NCBI GenBank assembly: GCA_027452205.1
Contig: DAIDGV010000024.1
Span: forward strand, 30,750-94,749
DNA: 64,000 nucleotides
Direction of reading: 5' to 3'
From: a candidate division FCPU426 bacterium
Lineage (GTDB): Bacteria; Oederibacteriota; Muellerivitia; Muellerivitales; Muellerivitaceae
Both the position numbers and the translations under genes were made by a program. The notes under the pieces were generated by a model. The model saw nothing but the letters and a program-made list of their open reading frames with translations, did no database searches and had not been told where the DNA came from. This document shows, in pieces, positions 35,008 to 45,474 of the stretch (positions are counted from its first letter, which is position 1; each line of letters starts with the position of its first letter).

Positions 35008-35912
35008 TCCATTCCCTCAAGACCGAAAACTTTCTTCGGCTTCAGCAACCCTTCTTCCCATTCGCCGATGGCGCAAAGTCGGCCCTGAGCATTCATCAAG
35101 CGCATCGGACCCGCCGGTGCTTTTTCCCAGTTCAATTTTTGACCCAAGCAAATGGCGGTCAGCTGCTGTTCCTCCAATTCCAATGCCGGTAAGTGCGCGG
35201 CCAAGCGGGAGGACGGAAGCAACATACCCGAAAGGTCCCCTGCTTCAACCTTTTTCTGGATCTCCTCCAGCGCGATCGCATTGGACAAGGTGAAAGGACC
35301 GACTTTCGACCGTTCCAGCTTTTCCATGCAACCGCCAGTACCCAAGGCAACACCCAGGCTTTCGCAAAGGACCCTCACATAAGTGCCCGGTGAGCAAAGG
35401 ACACGGAAAGAGACCCGTGGCAATTCCACCGAAAGAACTTCGACCTCGAATATCTGGATGGGGCGGGCCTTGCGTTCGACCGTCACGCCCTTGCGGGCTA
35501 GCTCATGCAGTTTTTGACCACCCACTTTGACCGCTGAAACCATCGGCGGCACCTGTTCGGTAATGTTTTTAAGTTCCATGACCGCTTGCTTCGCATTTTT
35601 GGAGGTCAGGCCATTGACTGGATTTTCTGAAAGGACCTTTCCCGTCACATCACCGCTGTCGGTGGTCTTTCCGAGCAGGCAAACGGCCCGGTATTCTTTA
35701 TTGAATGAGGCATATTCGACTAAACGGGTAGCGTCACCGATCGCTAAAGATAGAACACCCGTGGCCAAAGGATCCAGGGTGCCTAAATGACCTATTTGTT
35801 TTTCTTTGAGGATGCGACGGACCACCGCGACCACATCATGGGAGGTGAAAGAGGGGGCTTTGTGAACGTTCAACACACCGTTCATAGGGCCTACTTGATC
35901 GCTTGTTGGCAA
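35004..35912 (-). CDS. truB: tRNA pseudouridine(55) synthase
   Basis: 302 aa; catalytic motif HLGTLDPLATGVL and C-terminal PUA-like region. Overlaps ribF by 4 nt. Confidence 0.9.
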   Translation of the reverse strand: MPTSDQVGPMNGVLNVHKAPSFTSHDVVAVVRRILKEKQIGHLGTLDPLATGVLSLAIGDATRLVEYASFNKEYRAVCLLGKTTDSGDVTGKVLSENPVNGLTSKNAKQAVMELKNITEQVPPMVSAVKVGGQKLHELARKGVTVERKARPIQIFEVEVLSVELPRVSFRVLCSPGTYVRVLCESLGVALGTGGCMEKLERSKVGPFTLSNAIALEEIQKKVEAGDLSGMLLPSSRLAAHLPALELEEQQLTAICLGQKLNWEKAPAGPMRLMNAQGRLCAIGEWEEGLLKPKKVFGLEGME

Positions 35913-36874
35913 ACCTTCAGCACTTTTTGGAGGGCGCTTTTTAACGGTCCGGGCAGGATGGCGCCCGCCGCATAGGTATGTCCACCGCCGTGAAAGAACC
36001 GGGCGATGTTCGCCACGTTGACCTTGTTGTCCCCCGAGCGTAGTGACAATTTATATTGGCCGTCAGCTCGTTCCTTAAGAAAGGCCGCGATCTTGACCGT
36101 GTCGATCTTGCGGATCTGGTTGACAAGGTTCTCCGTATCGTCGTCCACCGCGCCGGTTTTTTTGAGTTCTTTCAGGGAAAGGGTCATGGTGCCGATCTGG
36201 CCCTTATCGTGAAGCCGGATATTCCCCAACGAAAGTCGGTTCAGTTCCATGGCTTCTTTAGTGATGCCTGAGAATATCTTCTTGTTCACTTCAGCGCCAT
36301 CCGCGCCCTTTTCCATCAGCTCCGCAGCTAGGCGCAGCACATCCGGGGTTGTGTTGGAATTACGGAACCCGCCGGTGTCGGTCACCACCGAGGTATAAAC
36401 GCTTTCGCTGATGGCCTTATCGATCTTGACGCCCATCTTTTCGATCAAGCGATAGACCACTTCTCCCGTTGCAGCGGCCTTGGGAAGGACCAGATTGTAA
36501 TCCCCATAATAGTTGTTGGAATAATGGTGGTCGATGTTGACCAGGATACCGAACTCTTCCCGGCGGACTCCTTCCCGGATGCGGGAGAAGTTCCCGGCAT
36601 CCATGACCACACAAACATCATGGGAGGGGATCCGGTCCGACTGGCGATAGGCCTTCGCGAAAGGCAAATAGGTATAGCGGGGCGGCAAGGCGTCGTGGTT
36701 CACCACGAACACTTTTCTTCCCATCCGTTTCAGGGCCACATAGAGGGCCGATTGAGCCCCCAATCCGTCGCCGTCCGGATTCACGTGGGTGGTCAACACA
36801 AAGGTCTTTTTCGAGCGGATAAGACGGACTACATCCTCGTAACGGTTCTGATGGCGGTGAGGTTTACTCTTCAT
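35891..36874 (-). CDS. nrnA: DHH-family phosphoesterase (NrnA-like oligoribonuclease/pAp phosphatase)
   Basis: 327 aa; DHH motif HVNPDGDGLGA…DHH and DHHA1 C-terminal GGGH. Confidence 0.85.
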   Translation of the reverse strand: MKSKPHRHQNRYEDVVRLIRSKKTFVLTTHVNPDGDGLGAQSALYVALKRMGRKVFVVNHDALPPRYTYLPFAKAYRQSDRIPSHDVCVVMDAGNFSRIREGVRREEFGILVNIDHHYSNNYYGDYNLVLPKAAATGEVVYRLIEKMGVKIDKAISESVYTSVVTDTGGFRNSNTTPDVLRLAAELMEKGADGAEVNKKIFSGITKEAMELNRLSLGNIRLHDKGQIGTMTLSLKELKKTGAVDDDTENLVNQIRKIDTVKIAAFLKERADGQYKLSLRSGDNKVNVANIARFFHGGGHTYAAGAILPGPLKSALQKVLKVCQQAIK

Positions 36875-37229
36875 TTTTAGGTTTTTCCTCGGCCTTAAGT
36901 TCGTTGAGGATGGTGCGGATCTTCAACGAATGGTCCAGGGATTCATCCAGTTTGAAATGGATATCCGGGTTATAGCGCAAATTCAGCTTCGCGCCCAACT
37001 CCTTGCGAATGAACCCCTTGGCCCTTTGAAGGCCCTCAAGGGATTCTTTCCGGGTCTGTTCGTCACCCATGATGGAAACATAAATGGTGGCGTTTCGCAG
37101 GTCTTCCGCGGTATCCACAGTGGTCACCGTGACGAAATGGATGCTTGGGTCCTTAACGCCGGAGATCAGCATGAGGCTGACTTCCCTTTTGATCGCTTCA
37201 GAGACCCGGTCCGCTCTTTTGAAACTCAT
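36864..37229 (-). CDS. rbfA: ribosome-binding factor A
   Basis: 121 aa; RbfA KH-like fold (…RADRVSEAIKREVS…VTVTTVD…). Confidence 0.88.
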   Translation of the reverse strand: MSFKRADRVSEAIKREVSLMLISGVKDPSIHFVTVTTVDTAEDLRNATIYVSIMGDEQTRKESLEGLQRAKGFIRKELGAKLNLRYNPDIHFKLDESLDHSLKIRTILNELKAEEKPKNEE

Positions 37230-37242
37230 CGCGTCAAGCCCC

Positions 37243-39534
37243 TTAGTCGATCAGCTTTTGAGCGACCGCTTCGAGCACATAAGCCTCGATCTGATCGCCT
37301 TCTTTAAGGTCGGCGCCATCAACACCGATACCGCACTCGTAATTGGTGGCCACTTCTTTGACGTCGTCCTTGAAACGGCGCAAAGAGGTTAAAGGACCTT
37401 CATAGACCATTTCCTCGCCGCGATAGACCTTCACCTTGCACTTGCTGGTGATCTTGCCCGAGAGGACCATGGACCCGGCGATGACGCCCTTAGGCGTGCT
37501 GAAGAGCTGGCGCACTTCCGCGCGTCCGATGACGGCTTGTCGATAGACCGGCTCCAGAAGGCCTTCCATGGCCTTGCGAACGTCTTCCACGGCGTCGTAA
37601 ATGATCTTATAAACACGGACGTCCACGTCTTCTTTTTCAGCGGTGGCCTTACCATTCGAGTCCATCTTCACGTTGAAACCAACGACGATGGCGTTCGAAG
37701 CGGAAGCCAGGAGGATATCCGAATTCACGATATTCCCCGTGCCGCTATGGATAACTTTAAGAATGACCTTTTCGGTCGAGAGTTTTTCCAGGGATTGACG
37801 CAAGGCTTCGACCGACCCTTGCACGTCACCCTTGACGATGACCTTGAGTTCCTTGATCTGTCCCTCTTTGATCTGCTCGAAGAGGTTGTCCAGGGTAATG
37901 TGCTTCATGGCGCCGACCAAGCGGTTATCCTTCTGGGCTTCCGCGCGGCGGCTTGAGATCTCACGGGCCAATTTGGCGTCCTCGACCACATAGAACACAT
38001 CGCCGGCTTGGGGCACATCGTTCAACCCGAGCACTTCCACAGGGGTAGCGGGTCCAGCGGACTTCACCAAATGCGCCAGGTCGTCCTGCATGGCCTTCAC
38101 ACGGCCATAAGTATTACCAGCCAAAAGGTTATCGCCTACCTTGAGCGTTCCTTTTTCGACCAGCAAGGTGGCCACCGTACCGCGGCCTTTGTCCAACCGG
38201 GCCTCCAGCACCACTCCCTTGGCGGTGCGGTTCGGATTGGCTTTCAACTCCAAAACTTCCGCTTGGAGAAGGATCATTTCGAGAAGCTTCTCGAGGTTCA
38301 AACGCTTCTTGGCCGAAACCTCCACGAAAATGGTCTGGCCACCCCATTCTTCAGGCACCAATCCCCTTTCGGCGACCTGGGTCTTGACCCGGTCCGGGTT
38401 CGCTTCGGGTTTATCGATCTTGTTGATCGCAACGATGATGGGTACCTTGGCTTCTTTGGCGTGGTCGATGGCTTCGAGGGTTTGTGGCATCACACCGTCG
38501 TCAGCGGCGACGACCAGGACCACAATATCCGTGGCCTTGGCGCCACGGGCGCGCATCAGGGTGAAAGCCTCATGACCCGGGGTATCGAGGAAGGTGATAA
38601 GGCCTTTCTCATGCTTCACTTGGTAAGCGCCGATATGCTGGGTGATACCACCCGCTTCGCCTTCGGCCACCTTGGTCTTACGGATGGCGTCCAGCAGCAA
38701 GGTTTTCCCATGGTCAACGTGACCCATAATGGTCACCACCGGAGGACGGGAAACGAGGGTTGTCGGATCTTCAGCTTCTTCTTGGAGCATTTCGGTGCCG
38801 AACAAGGGAACCACTTCCACTTCGGCGTCATGGGCCCCGGCCAATGTTTCGGCCACGGTCATGTCCAAGCGTTGGTTGATGGTGGCGAGGATCTTGAGGT
38901 CGAACAATTCCTTGATGAGTACGCCCGGTTTCACGTTAAGCTTTTGGGCCAATTCAGAGACCGTAATGCCTTCGCTGATCTTGATCTTGGTCAGGACCTT
39001 CTTTTCGCCGGACTCGTCCACATTGGCGTGTTCCAAGGCTTTGAGCTTTTCTTCCATGGAAAGCTCGGGTTTGGCCGGGGCCGCGGCAACGTTTTTCTTC
39101 CGGGCCGCCATACCATGACCGCCGGACTTACCGGGCATCGGCGGCTTAGCGCCGACAGGCACCTTGCGCGGAGCGATCGTCTTGGGTGCCGGATAGGTCG
39201 CGGTGGGAGATGGATTTTGATTGTACTGAGGTGCACCCAGCTTCATGCCGGGACGCAGCGTGGTGGTGATCTTCGGGGCGGCTGGTCGGGCCGTGGGAGC
39301 CGCAGCGGTGGCGGTTGTCGCCGGAGTTTTGGTCGGAGGCGGTGGGGCGGTCGCCACAGGAGTGACCGAAACCAGGTCCGCGAGACCTAAGTCTTTGCGA
39401 ATGGCCGATTGAATGGCGTCGTCCACCAAGGTCAATTGGCTGGGCACCACAAAACCGAGCTTCTTGCAGCGGTCGAGTATGTCCTTACTAGGAAGGTTCA
39501 GTTCTTTAGCGAATTCAAAAAGGCGTTTATTCAT
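37243..39534 (-). CDS. infB: translation initiation factor IF-2
   Basis: 763 aa; N-terminal IF2_N ([13 protein letters not shown]), proline/alanine-rich linker, GTPase G-domain ([17 protein letters not shown]), and C-terminal beta-barrels. Confidence 0.93.
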   Translation of the reverse strand: MNKRLFEFAKELNLPSKDILDRCKKLGFVVPSQLTLVDDAIQSAIRKDLGLADLVSVTPVATAPPPPTKTPATTATAAAPTARPAAPKITTTLRPGMKLGAPQYNQNPSPTATYPAPKTIAPRKVPVGAKPPMPGKSGGHGMAARKKNVAAAPAKPELSMEEKLKALEHANVDESGEKKVLTKIKISEGITVSELAQKLNVKPGVLIKELFDLKILATINQRLDMTVAETLAGAHDAEVEVVPLFGTEMLQEEAEDPTTLVSRPPVVTIMGHVDHGKTLLLDAIRKTKVAEGEAGGITQHIGAYQVKHEKGLITFLDTPGHEAFTLMRARGAKATDIVVLVVAADDGVMPQTLEAIDHAKEAKVPIIVAINKIDKPEANPDRVKTQVAERGLVPEEWGGQTIFVEVSAKKRLNLEKLLEMILLQAEVLELKANPNRTAKGVVLEARLDKGRGTVATLLVEKGTLKVGDNLLAGNTYGRVKAMQDDLAHLVKSAGPATPVEVLGLNDVPQAGDVFYVVEDAKLAREISSRRAEAQKDNRLVGAMKHITLDNLFEQIKEGQIKELKVIVKGDVQGSVEALRQSLEKLSTEKVILKVIHSGTGNIVNSDILLASASNAIVVGFNVKMDSNGKATAEKEDVDVRVYKIIYDAVEDVRKAMEGLLEPVYRQAVIGRAEVRQLFSTPKGVIAGSMVLSGKITSKCKVKVYRGEEMVYEGPLTSLRRFKDDVKEVATNYECGIGVDGADLKEGDQIEAYVLEAVAQKLID

Positions 39535-39537
39535 GGA

Positions 39538-40827
39538 TTATTCGTTTCCTTCGCTTTCCGTAACAGGGTCAATATGGGGAATCACCGGTAACCCGGCCTC
39601 ATCCTTGGTTAATTCCACTTCGGCCGGCACTTCGCCGGTCACCGCGCCCTCGTCGATCTCATCCGGAGGGGCCGCGGCCTTTTCTTCATCGGTCTTGAAA
39701 ACGGCTTCCGCCGAGGGGGCCGCCGCAGGGGCTTCCTGTTCCTCACCGGTCACTTCCTGGAAGTGGGCATCCATGCGGGCGCGTTCTTCTTGGGCGTGCT
39801 GTTCTTCGTTCTTGATGTCGATCTTAATACCCGTCAAACGGGCCGCCAAACGGGCGTTCTGGCCCTTCTTGCCGATGGCTAAGGACAACTGATCATTGGG
39901 CACGATCACTTCCGCCGAAGGAATTTCAGGATGGAACACAATGCGCGCAATCTTGGCCGGCGACAAGGCGTTGGACAGATAGGAATGAGGGTCCTCGTCC
40001 CAACGGACAATATCCACCTTCTCACCGTGGATCTCGTCCACGATGTTCTGCACACGGATACCCTTCACGCCCACGCAAGCGCCCACTGCGTCGATACGGT
40101 CGTCGCCCATGGAACGCACGGCGATCTTGGTGCGGGCCCCGGCTTCGCGGGCCACGTTCTCGATCTTCACGGCGCCGTCATAGATCTCCGGCACTTCCAA
40201 TTCGAACAATTTACGGACTAGGCCCGGATGGGCGCGGCTAACGATGATGGCGGGACCCTTCAAGGTCTTTCGCACTTCAAGCACCAACAACTTCATGCGG
40301 TCGCCGGTGGCGTAATGCTCCCGGGGAACTTGTTCCTTGGCAGGCATCATGGCTTCGGTGTCGCCCAGGGACACGATGACATTGCGGCCTTCGTAGCGAA
40401 GGATACTGCCGGTGATGATGTCGCCTTCCTTTTCCTTGAACTGATCGAACACGCTTTGGCGCTCGGCATCCTGGACGCGTTGCACGATGACCTGCTTGGC
40501 GGTTTGCGCGGCGATGCGGCCGAACTGTTCGTTAGGAATGCGCACCTTGATGACCCCGCCCAATTCGGCGTTGGCGTCCAATTTGCGAGCATCTTCCAAT
40601 TTGATCTGGGTGGCGGCATCTTCGATCTTGTCGACGACCTCTTTTAAATAAAAAGCCCGGAACTCATAGTTGATCTCGTCGAACTCCACGTCCACTTCCT
40701 GATTGGCGCCATAGACCTTCTTGGCGGCTGACGAAAGGGCGGCTTGGATCGCCTCGATGAGTTTTTTCTTATCGATGCGTTTTGTATGTTCCAGTTGGCT
40801 CATCACTAAAGCTAATTCGTTACCCAT
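39538..40827 (-). CDS. nusA: transcription termination/antitermination factor NusA
   Basis: N-terminal domain, S1 domain and two KH domains are recognisable. There is an acidic C-terminal extension. Start ATG at 40827 (alternatively GTG at 40836). Confidence 0.9.
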   Translation of the reverse strand: MGNELALVMSQLEHTKRIDKKKLIEAIQAALSSAAKKVYGANQEVDVEFDEINYEFRAFYLKEVVDKIEDAATQIKLEDARKLDANAELGGVIKVRIPNEQFGRIAAQTAKQVIVQRVQDAERQSVFDQFKEKEGDIITGSILRYEGRNVIVSLGDTEAMMPAKEQVPREHYATGDRMKLLVLEVRKTLKGPAIIVSRAHPGLVRKLFELEVPEIYDGAVKIENVAREAGARTKIAVRSMGDDRIDAVGACVGVKGIRVQNIVDEIHGEKVDIVRWDEDPHSYLSNALSPAKIARIVFHPEIPSAEVIVPNDQLSLAIGKKGQNARLAARLTGIKIDIKNEEQHAQEERARMDAHFQEVTGEEQEAPAAAPSAEAVFKTDEEKAAAPPDEIDEGAVTGEVPAEVELTKDEAGLPVIPHIDPVTESEGNE

Positions 40828-40859
40828 GTCCCTCACTCCAAGTAAGCGTAGGTTAAGCG

Positions 40860-41321
40860 TCAGATCTCAACGACCAAATTCGATCGCTTCACAGCCTTGA
40901 AAGGCACCCAAAGGGTCCTTTTTCCATCCACGACTTCCACTGACCCATCCTTCACTTCGCCCAATCGGCCTCGGAAGGTGATCATCCCCTCAACCGGCTC
41001 GGCGAAAACGAACTGAGCCAAACGGCCCGAGAACCTCTGGCAATCTTCCAAATGCCGCAAGGGCCGGTCCATACCCGGCGAGGAAACCTCTAGCAGATAA
41101 GAAGGACCAATCAGGTCCAACTCATCAAGCTTCTTCTCCAGCTCCATGCTGACCGCCGCGCATTCTTCCACAGTGATCTTGCCGGACTTCTTATCGATGG
41201 CCACCGACACCGTCAATTTCTTGCCTTGGGGGCGCACCGTCAGGTCGAACAACTCGACGAAGTTGTCTTTCGCCACGGCCTCGGCCAATTGCCTCAGTTG
41301 CCCGACCTGGGTCATATCCAT
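40860..41321 (-). CDS. rimP: ribosome maturation factor RimP
   Basis: 153 aa from the ATG at 41321, which has a GAGGG Shine-Dalgarno. RimP N and C domains (…LFDLTVRPQGKKLTVSVAID…). The longer ORF-track frame would read through an upstream terminator hairpin. Confidence 0.85.
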   Translation of the reverse strand: MDMTQVGQLRQLAEAVAKDNFVELFDLTVRPQGKKLTVSVAIDKKSGKITVEECAAVSMELEKKLDELDLIGPSYLLEVSSPGMDRPLRHLEDCQRFSGRLAQFVFAEPVEGMITFRGRLGEVKDGSVEVVDGKRTLWVPFKAVKRSNLVVEI

Positions 41322-41375
41322 AGATGCCCTCAAATAAAAAACGGCCTTTCGGCCGCAGGTTTGTCCCAACAGGTG

Positions 41376-41409
41376 AAAAAAAAAGTGGGCCTGGAAGGGC
41401 CCACTTTTT
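41376..41409. terminator. bidirectional terminator between polC and rimP
   Basis: AAAAAAAAA-GTGGGCC-TGGAAG-GGCCCAC-TTTTT. Confidence 0.6.
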
Positions 41410-41637
41410 GGGACTGCCTTAAATTCGAGCGTTATTCTATGCAGAAAGCCCTTTGAAGGCAAGGGAAGGCCCTGAAAATGGCCGGAAATAAAGGGTTTTA
41501 AGGGCTAGCAGGTTGTTGAAAAAGTCAGGTTTAGGGACTTTTTCATACTTACGAACGAGCCGCCCATCATAAAAACCACGTTTTAAGTGGCTCGTTCTAA
41601 CCCATGGCGGCCGACAGGAAGCTTTATCGGCTTCCTG

Positions 41638-44600
41638 TTAAAAAAGCGAAACCTGTTTGGAATCGGGCATATTCTTGAGACATCCCGTTTCCTTAAGGAT
41701 CTCAATGACGTTCTTGTTCACCCCGCAGCGCTCCGTAATGTCCTCAATGGAGGTATAGGGGCCCTTTTGGCGATCTTCCTTGATGGATTCCGCTGCGGTC
41801 TCGCCCAACCCCGGCAAGCCGATCAGCGGTGGGCGAAGCATCTTCTCCCCGTTGGATTCCTCGACGAGGAACTGGCTACTGTCGGATTTATAGATGTCGA
41901 CCGGCAAGAATTTGAATCCTCGGGCATAGACCTCTTCCACCACATCCAGCACGGAGGCTTCGTCCAGTTCTTTGTTCGTGGGTTTTTCCAGGGAACGGAT
42001 CAATTTGATGCGGTCCTTGGTACGGCCGAGACCGCCGCAAGCCACGATCGCGTCAAAACCGAAAGCCTTATTGGTGAAATAGTCGGCGTAAAAAGCTAAG
42101 GGATGATGCACTTTGAAATAGGCGATACGGAAACTCATGATGCAATAAGCCACCGCGTGGGCTTTTGGGAAGATATATTTGATCTTCCGGCAGCTTTCGA
42201 TGTACCAGACCGGGGTCTTCACATCCTTCATGGCTTGTTCGTATTCGGGTTTAAGACCCTTGCCCTTACGCACATCCTCCATGATCTTGAAGGCCAGAGC
42301 CTCGTCCATACCCCGGCCCACGAGATCGTTCAACATATCATCCCGGGTCGAGACCACTGTGGCAATGGTGGCGGTCTTGTTCTTGATGAGGTCTTGGGCA
42401 TTGCCCAACCAAACGTCCGTACCGTGGGCCAATCCCGACAGACGCACTAAATGCTCGAACTTGGTCGGTTTGGTGTCCCTCAACATGTCCATGGCGAAAT
42501 TGGTGCCGAACTCGGGTACGCCTAAGGTACCCAGATCTTTGTCGATCTTGGTCTTGAGATTGAGGGTCGAGGTGTCGGAAAAAAGTTTCATCGTTTTTTC
42601 GTCGTTCAACGGAATGAAGATGGGATCAACGCCCGTCATGTTCTGCAGGCGCTTCAGGCTGGTCGGATTATCATGGCCGAGAATGTCGAGTTTGACCAAA
42701 CAGTCGTGCATACTGGCGTAATCGAAATGGGTCGTGACGATCTCGCCATCTTTATTGTCCGCCGGATGCTGCACCGGGCAAACGTCCGTGATCTCGATGT
42801 CTTGAGGAAGAATGACGATACCGCCCGGATGCTGACCGGTGGTTTTTGAAACCCCTGAGCAGCCCTTGACCAACCGGTTGAGTTCCGCGTTCCGGGCCTT
42901 TTTCCCTTGTTCTTCCACATATTTCTTCACAAAACCATAAGCGATCCGGTCTTGGACCGCCGAGATGGTACCCGCGCGGAAACAGTGGTCCTTGCCGAAA
43001 AGTTCTTCTACATATTTATGGGCGTGGTGCTGGTACTCGCCGGAGAAGTTCAGGTCGATATCCGGCATCTTGTCTCCCTTGAAACCCATGAAGACCTCGA
43101 ATGCGATACTGAACCCGTCCCGGATCATTTCTTTGTCGCACTTTGGACAGTTCTTGGAAGGCAGGTCCACCCCCGCAGTCGAGGCGGGTTTTTCGGGGAA
43201 CTCATGATGAAGGTCTTCCGCGCAGCGCCAATGCGGCGGCAAGGGATTGACCTCGGTAATGCCGCTCAAGAAAGCCACGAAAGAACTGCCGACGGACCCA
43301 CGGCTTCCAACGATGTATCCGTCCGACAGGGACTTGGTGACCAGCTTCATCGCGATCACATAGAGCGTCGCGAACTTGTTATTGATGATGGCATCTAATT
43401 CCTTGTTGAGACGCTTCTCAATAAAGGCCGGCAAGGTCTCGCCGTAAAGAGCATGGGCCTTGTCGATCGCGGTCTTTCGCAGCTGCTCGTCGGCCCCTTC
43501 CCAATTGGGAGATAAGGTCTTGGTGGGCAACGGCTCCACATCCTCGATCATCGCGGCGATCTTTTGCGGGTTGGTCACCACCAGCTCGTGGGTGATCTCT
43601 TCGTCGAAATAGGAAAAATCATCCTTCAGCTCATTCGTGGTCTTGAAAAAAAGCGGGGCCTGGCGTTCAATGCCGTAACCCATTCCCGCTTGCAGGATCT
43701 TGCGGTAAACCCCGTCCTGGGGTTCGATAAAATGGGAGTCACCAGTGGCCACGACCGGCTTGCCCAGCTTTTTGCCGGTCTCATAGATGACCTTGGTCAG
43801 GGATTGAAGCTCCTCCATGTCCTTGACCGTCCCGTCGGAGATCATGAACTCGTTATTGGCGCAGGGCTGGATCTCCACGTAATCGTAAAACTTCGCCACT
43901 TCTTCGATAGGTTTGGTCTTGTGCAGCAAATGCTGCCAAATCTCGCCCTGTTCGCAGGCCGACCCGACCACCAAACCTTCGCGGTGCTGTTCTAGTAAGG
44001 CCTTCGGGATCAGGGGACGTTTATAGAAGTACTTCATGTGGCTTTCAGAGACCAATTGATAAAGGTTCTTGAGGCCTGTGCGGTTCTTCACCAGAAGGAT
44101 GATGTGGTATATCTCCATGCCCCGTTCGCGCTTGAACTCATCCACGAGATAGCCTTCGATGCCCAATATCAGCTTGATCCCATGCTTTTTCGCGGCCGCC
44201 TTGGCGTCCGGATAGGCCTGGACCACCCCGTGGTCCGTAATGGCGATCGCCGGATGTCCCCATTTGGCGGCCCTTTCGATCAAGGCTTCGATCTTCGAAA
44301 GGCCGTCCATCCGGCTCATCTGCGTGTGGCAGTGAAGCTCCACCCGTTTCTCTGTAGCTGTATCCATACGGCCCGCAGGCCGTCCCACTTTAACAATATC
44401 CTTTGCCGTCAAAGTCAGCTCGTCGGCCTGGTACTTATCGAACCGAAGGTCCCCCCTCACTTTGACCCAATCCTTCTCTTTTAACCCGCCTTTGAATTTT
44501 CCGTCGTTCTCGTGAAAGAGCCGGATATCCAGCGAGTCATTGAAATCCGTGATGGTCATCTTGACCAAATGTCGTCCGCTACGGGTTTGGAACTCCTCAT

Positions 44601-45375
44601 ACAGGATGATCTCGCCCTCGACCACGTAACCATTGGCCTCGTCGGTCACGCTCATAGTCTGGGGGTCCGCGGCGATAGTGCGGCCAAAGATAAGGGTCGA
44701 AATTTGGGCCTTGGGCGCGTTCGCTTCTGCCGGTTTTTGTTCGGGTTCGGGAGGTAATTCGGGCATGACTAGGGAGTTGATCTCAAGCTTCACTTCCAGT
44801 TCGACACCACAACGGGCCCGCAGGACTTCTTTAGTGAACTTTTCACATTGGCGGCGTTCTAACTGCTGGCGGGCCAGCTCATGGGGCACTTGGATCAACA
44901 AGGTCGGCCCCTCGACCTTGAATTGATAATGGGAGAACCACCCTTCGGCGATTTCCGCATCTTCCATCAGACAAAAAACAAAATCCTTTTGATGGCAAAC
45001 CAGATAATCCGCCGGCGCCATGACCCCGGCCAAATAATGCACGTCCAGCACTACGCGGTTCACACCGGGCATACTTTCTTTTAAATGCGTGGAGACATTG
45101 GTATAGCATTCGGCGCTCACGGGCTTGGGCATACGCAACCGAAGGACCAGGATTCCCTTTTCGGGATAGATCTGGACGCCCAAAACCTCGGACTCCATGA
45201 ACTTTTCTTTTTCATGGCACTCGAGGGGGATCTGTTGAAGTAATTGGTAAAAAGGAGAGGCGGATGTTTCGGTTTCCGGGGACGACGGACTGCTGACGGG
45301 TGTCATCCTGCCTCCATCAAAGATCATGTGGGAATGGGTCAAAGGAGTGAGCGAAGTTCTTTTTGAACTATACAA
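41638..45375 (-). CDS. polC: DNA polymerase III alpha subunit, PolC-type, lacking the inserted 3'-5' exonuclease domain
   Basis: 1245 aa. An N-terminal domain plus OB fold precede the PHP domain. …VELHCHTQMSRMDG…KWGHPAIAITDHGVVQAYPDA…KKHGIKLILGIEG… is near-identical to the Firmicutes PolC PHP. The PHP region is contiguous with no DEDD exonuclease insertion. The C-terminus carries PolC-type tandem HhH (…GVNKNVIEILKETGCL…QVSLF). Confidence 0.85.
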   Translation of the reverse strand: MYSSKRTSLTPLTHSHMIFDGGRMTPVSSPSSPETETSASPFYQLLQQIPLECHEKEKFMESEVLGVQIYPEKGILVLRLRMPKPVSAECYTNVSTHLKESMPGVNRVVLDVHYLAGVMAPADYLVCHQKDFVFCLMEDAEIAEGWFSHYQFKVEGPTLLIQVPHELARQQLERRQCEKFTKEVLRARCGVELEVKLEINSLVMPELPPEPEQKPAEANAPKAQISTLIFGRTIAADPQTMSVTDEANGYVVEGEIILYEEFQTRSGRHLVKMTITDFNDSLDIRLFHENDGKFKGGLKEKDWVKVRGDLRFDKYQADELTLTAKDIVKVGRPAGRMDTATEKRVELHCHTQMSRMDGLSKIEALIERAAKWGHPAIAITDHGVVQAYPDAKAAAKKHGIKLILGIEGYLVDEFKRERGMEIYHIILLVKNRTGLKNLYQLVSESHMKYFYKRPLIPKALLEQHREGLVVGSACEQGEIWQHLLHKTKPIEEVAKFYDYVEIQPCANNEFMISDGTVKDMEELQSLTKVIYETGKKLGKPVVATGDSHFIEPQDGVYRKILQAGMGYGIERQAPLFFKTTNELKDDFSYFDEEITHELVVTNPQKIAAMIEDVEPLPTKTLSPNWEGADEQLRKTAIDKAHALYGETLPAFIEKRLNKELDAIINNKFATLYVIAMKLVTKSLSDGYIVGSRGSVGSSFVAFLSGITEVNPLPPHWRCAEDLHHEFPEKPASTAGVDLPSKNCPKCDKEMIRDGFSIAFEVFMGFKGDKMPDIDLNFSGEYQHHAHKYVEELFGKDHCFRAGTISAVQDRIAYGFVKKYVEEQGKKARNAELNRLVKGCSGVSKTTGQHPGGIVILPQDIEITDVCPVQHPADNKDGEIVTTHFDYASMHDCLVKLDILGHDNPTSLKRLQNMTGVDPIFIPLNDEKTMKLFSDTSTLNLKTKIDKDLGTLGVPEFGTNFAMDMLRDTKPTKFEHLVRLSGLAHGTDVWLGNAQDLIKNKTATIATVVSTRDDMLNDLVGRGMDEALAFKIMEDVRKGKGLKPEYEQAMKDVKTPVWYIESCRKIKYIFPKAHAVAYCIMSFRIAYFKVHHPLAFYADYFTNKAFGFDAIVACGGLGRTKDRIKLIRSLEKPTNKELDEASVLDVVEEVYARGFKFLPVDIYKSDSSQFLVEESNGEKMLRPPLIGLPGLGETAAESIKEDRQKGPYTSIEDITERCGVNKNVIEILKETGCLKNMPDSKQVSLF

Positions 45376-45474
45376 CCGCCACCAAAAAAATCAATGGTTT
45401 TAAACCCGCCAAGCGGAACAATATAAAATATTTATACGAACTCGCAAAAGGTCAATAATCGGGGCAAATAAATT

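Noticed and set aside
41322-41462. N-terminal 47-codon extension of rimP
   Set aside because: The extension would be translated through the polC-rimP terminator hairpin and A-run. An ATG with a GAGGG Shine-Dalgarno at 41321 gives a normal-length RimP.
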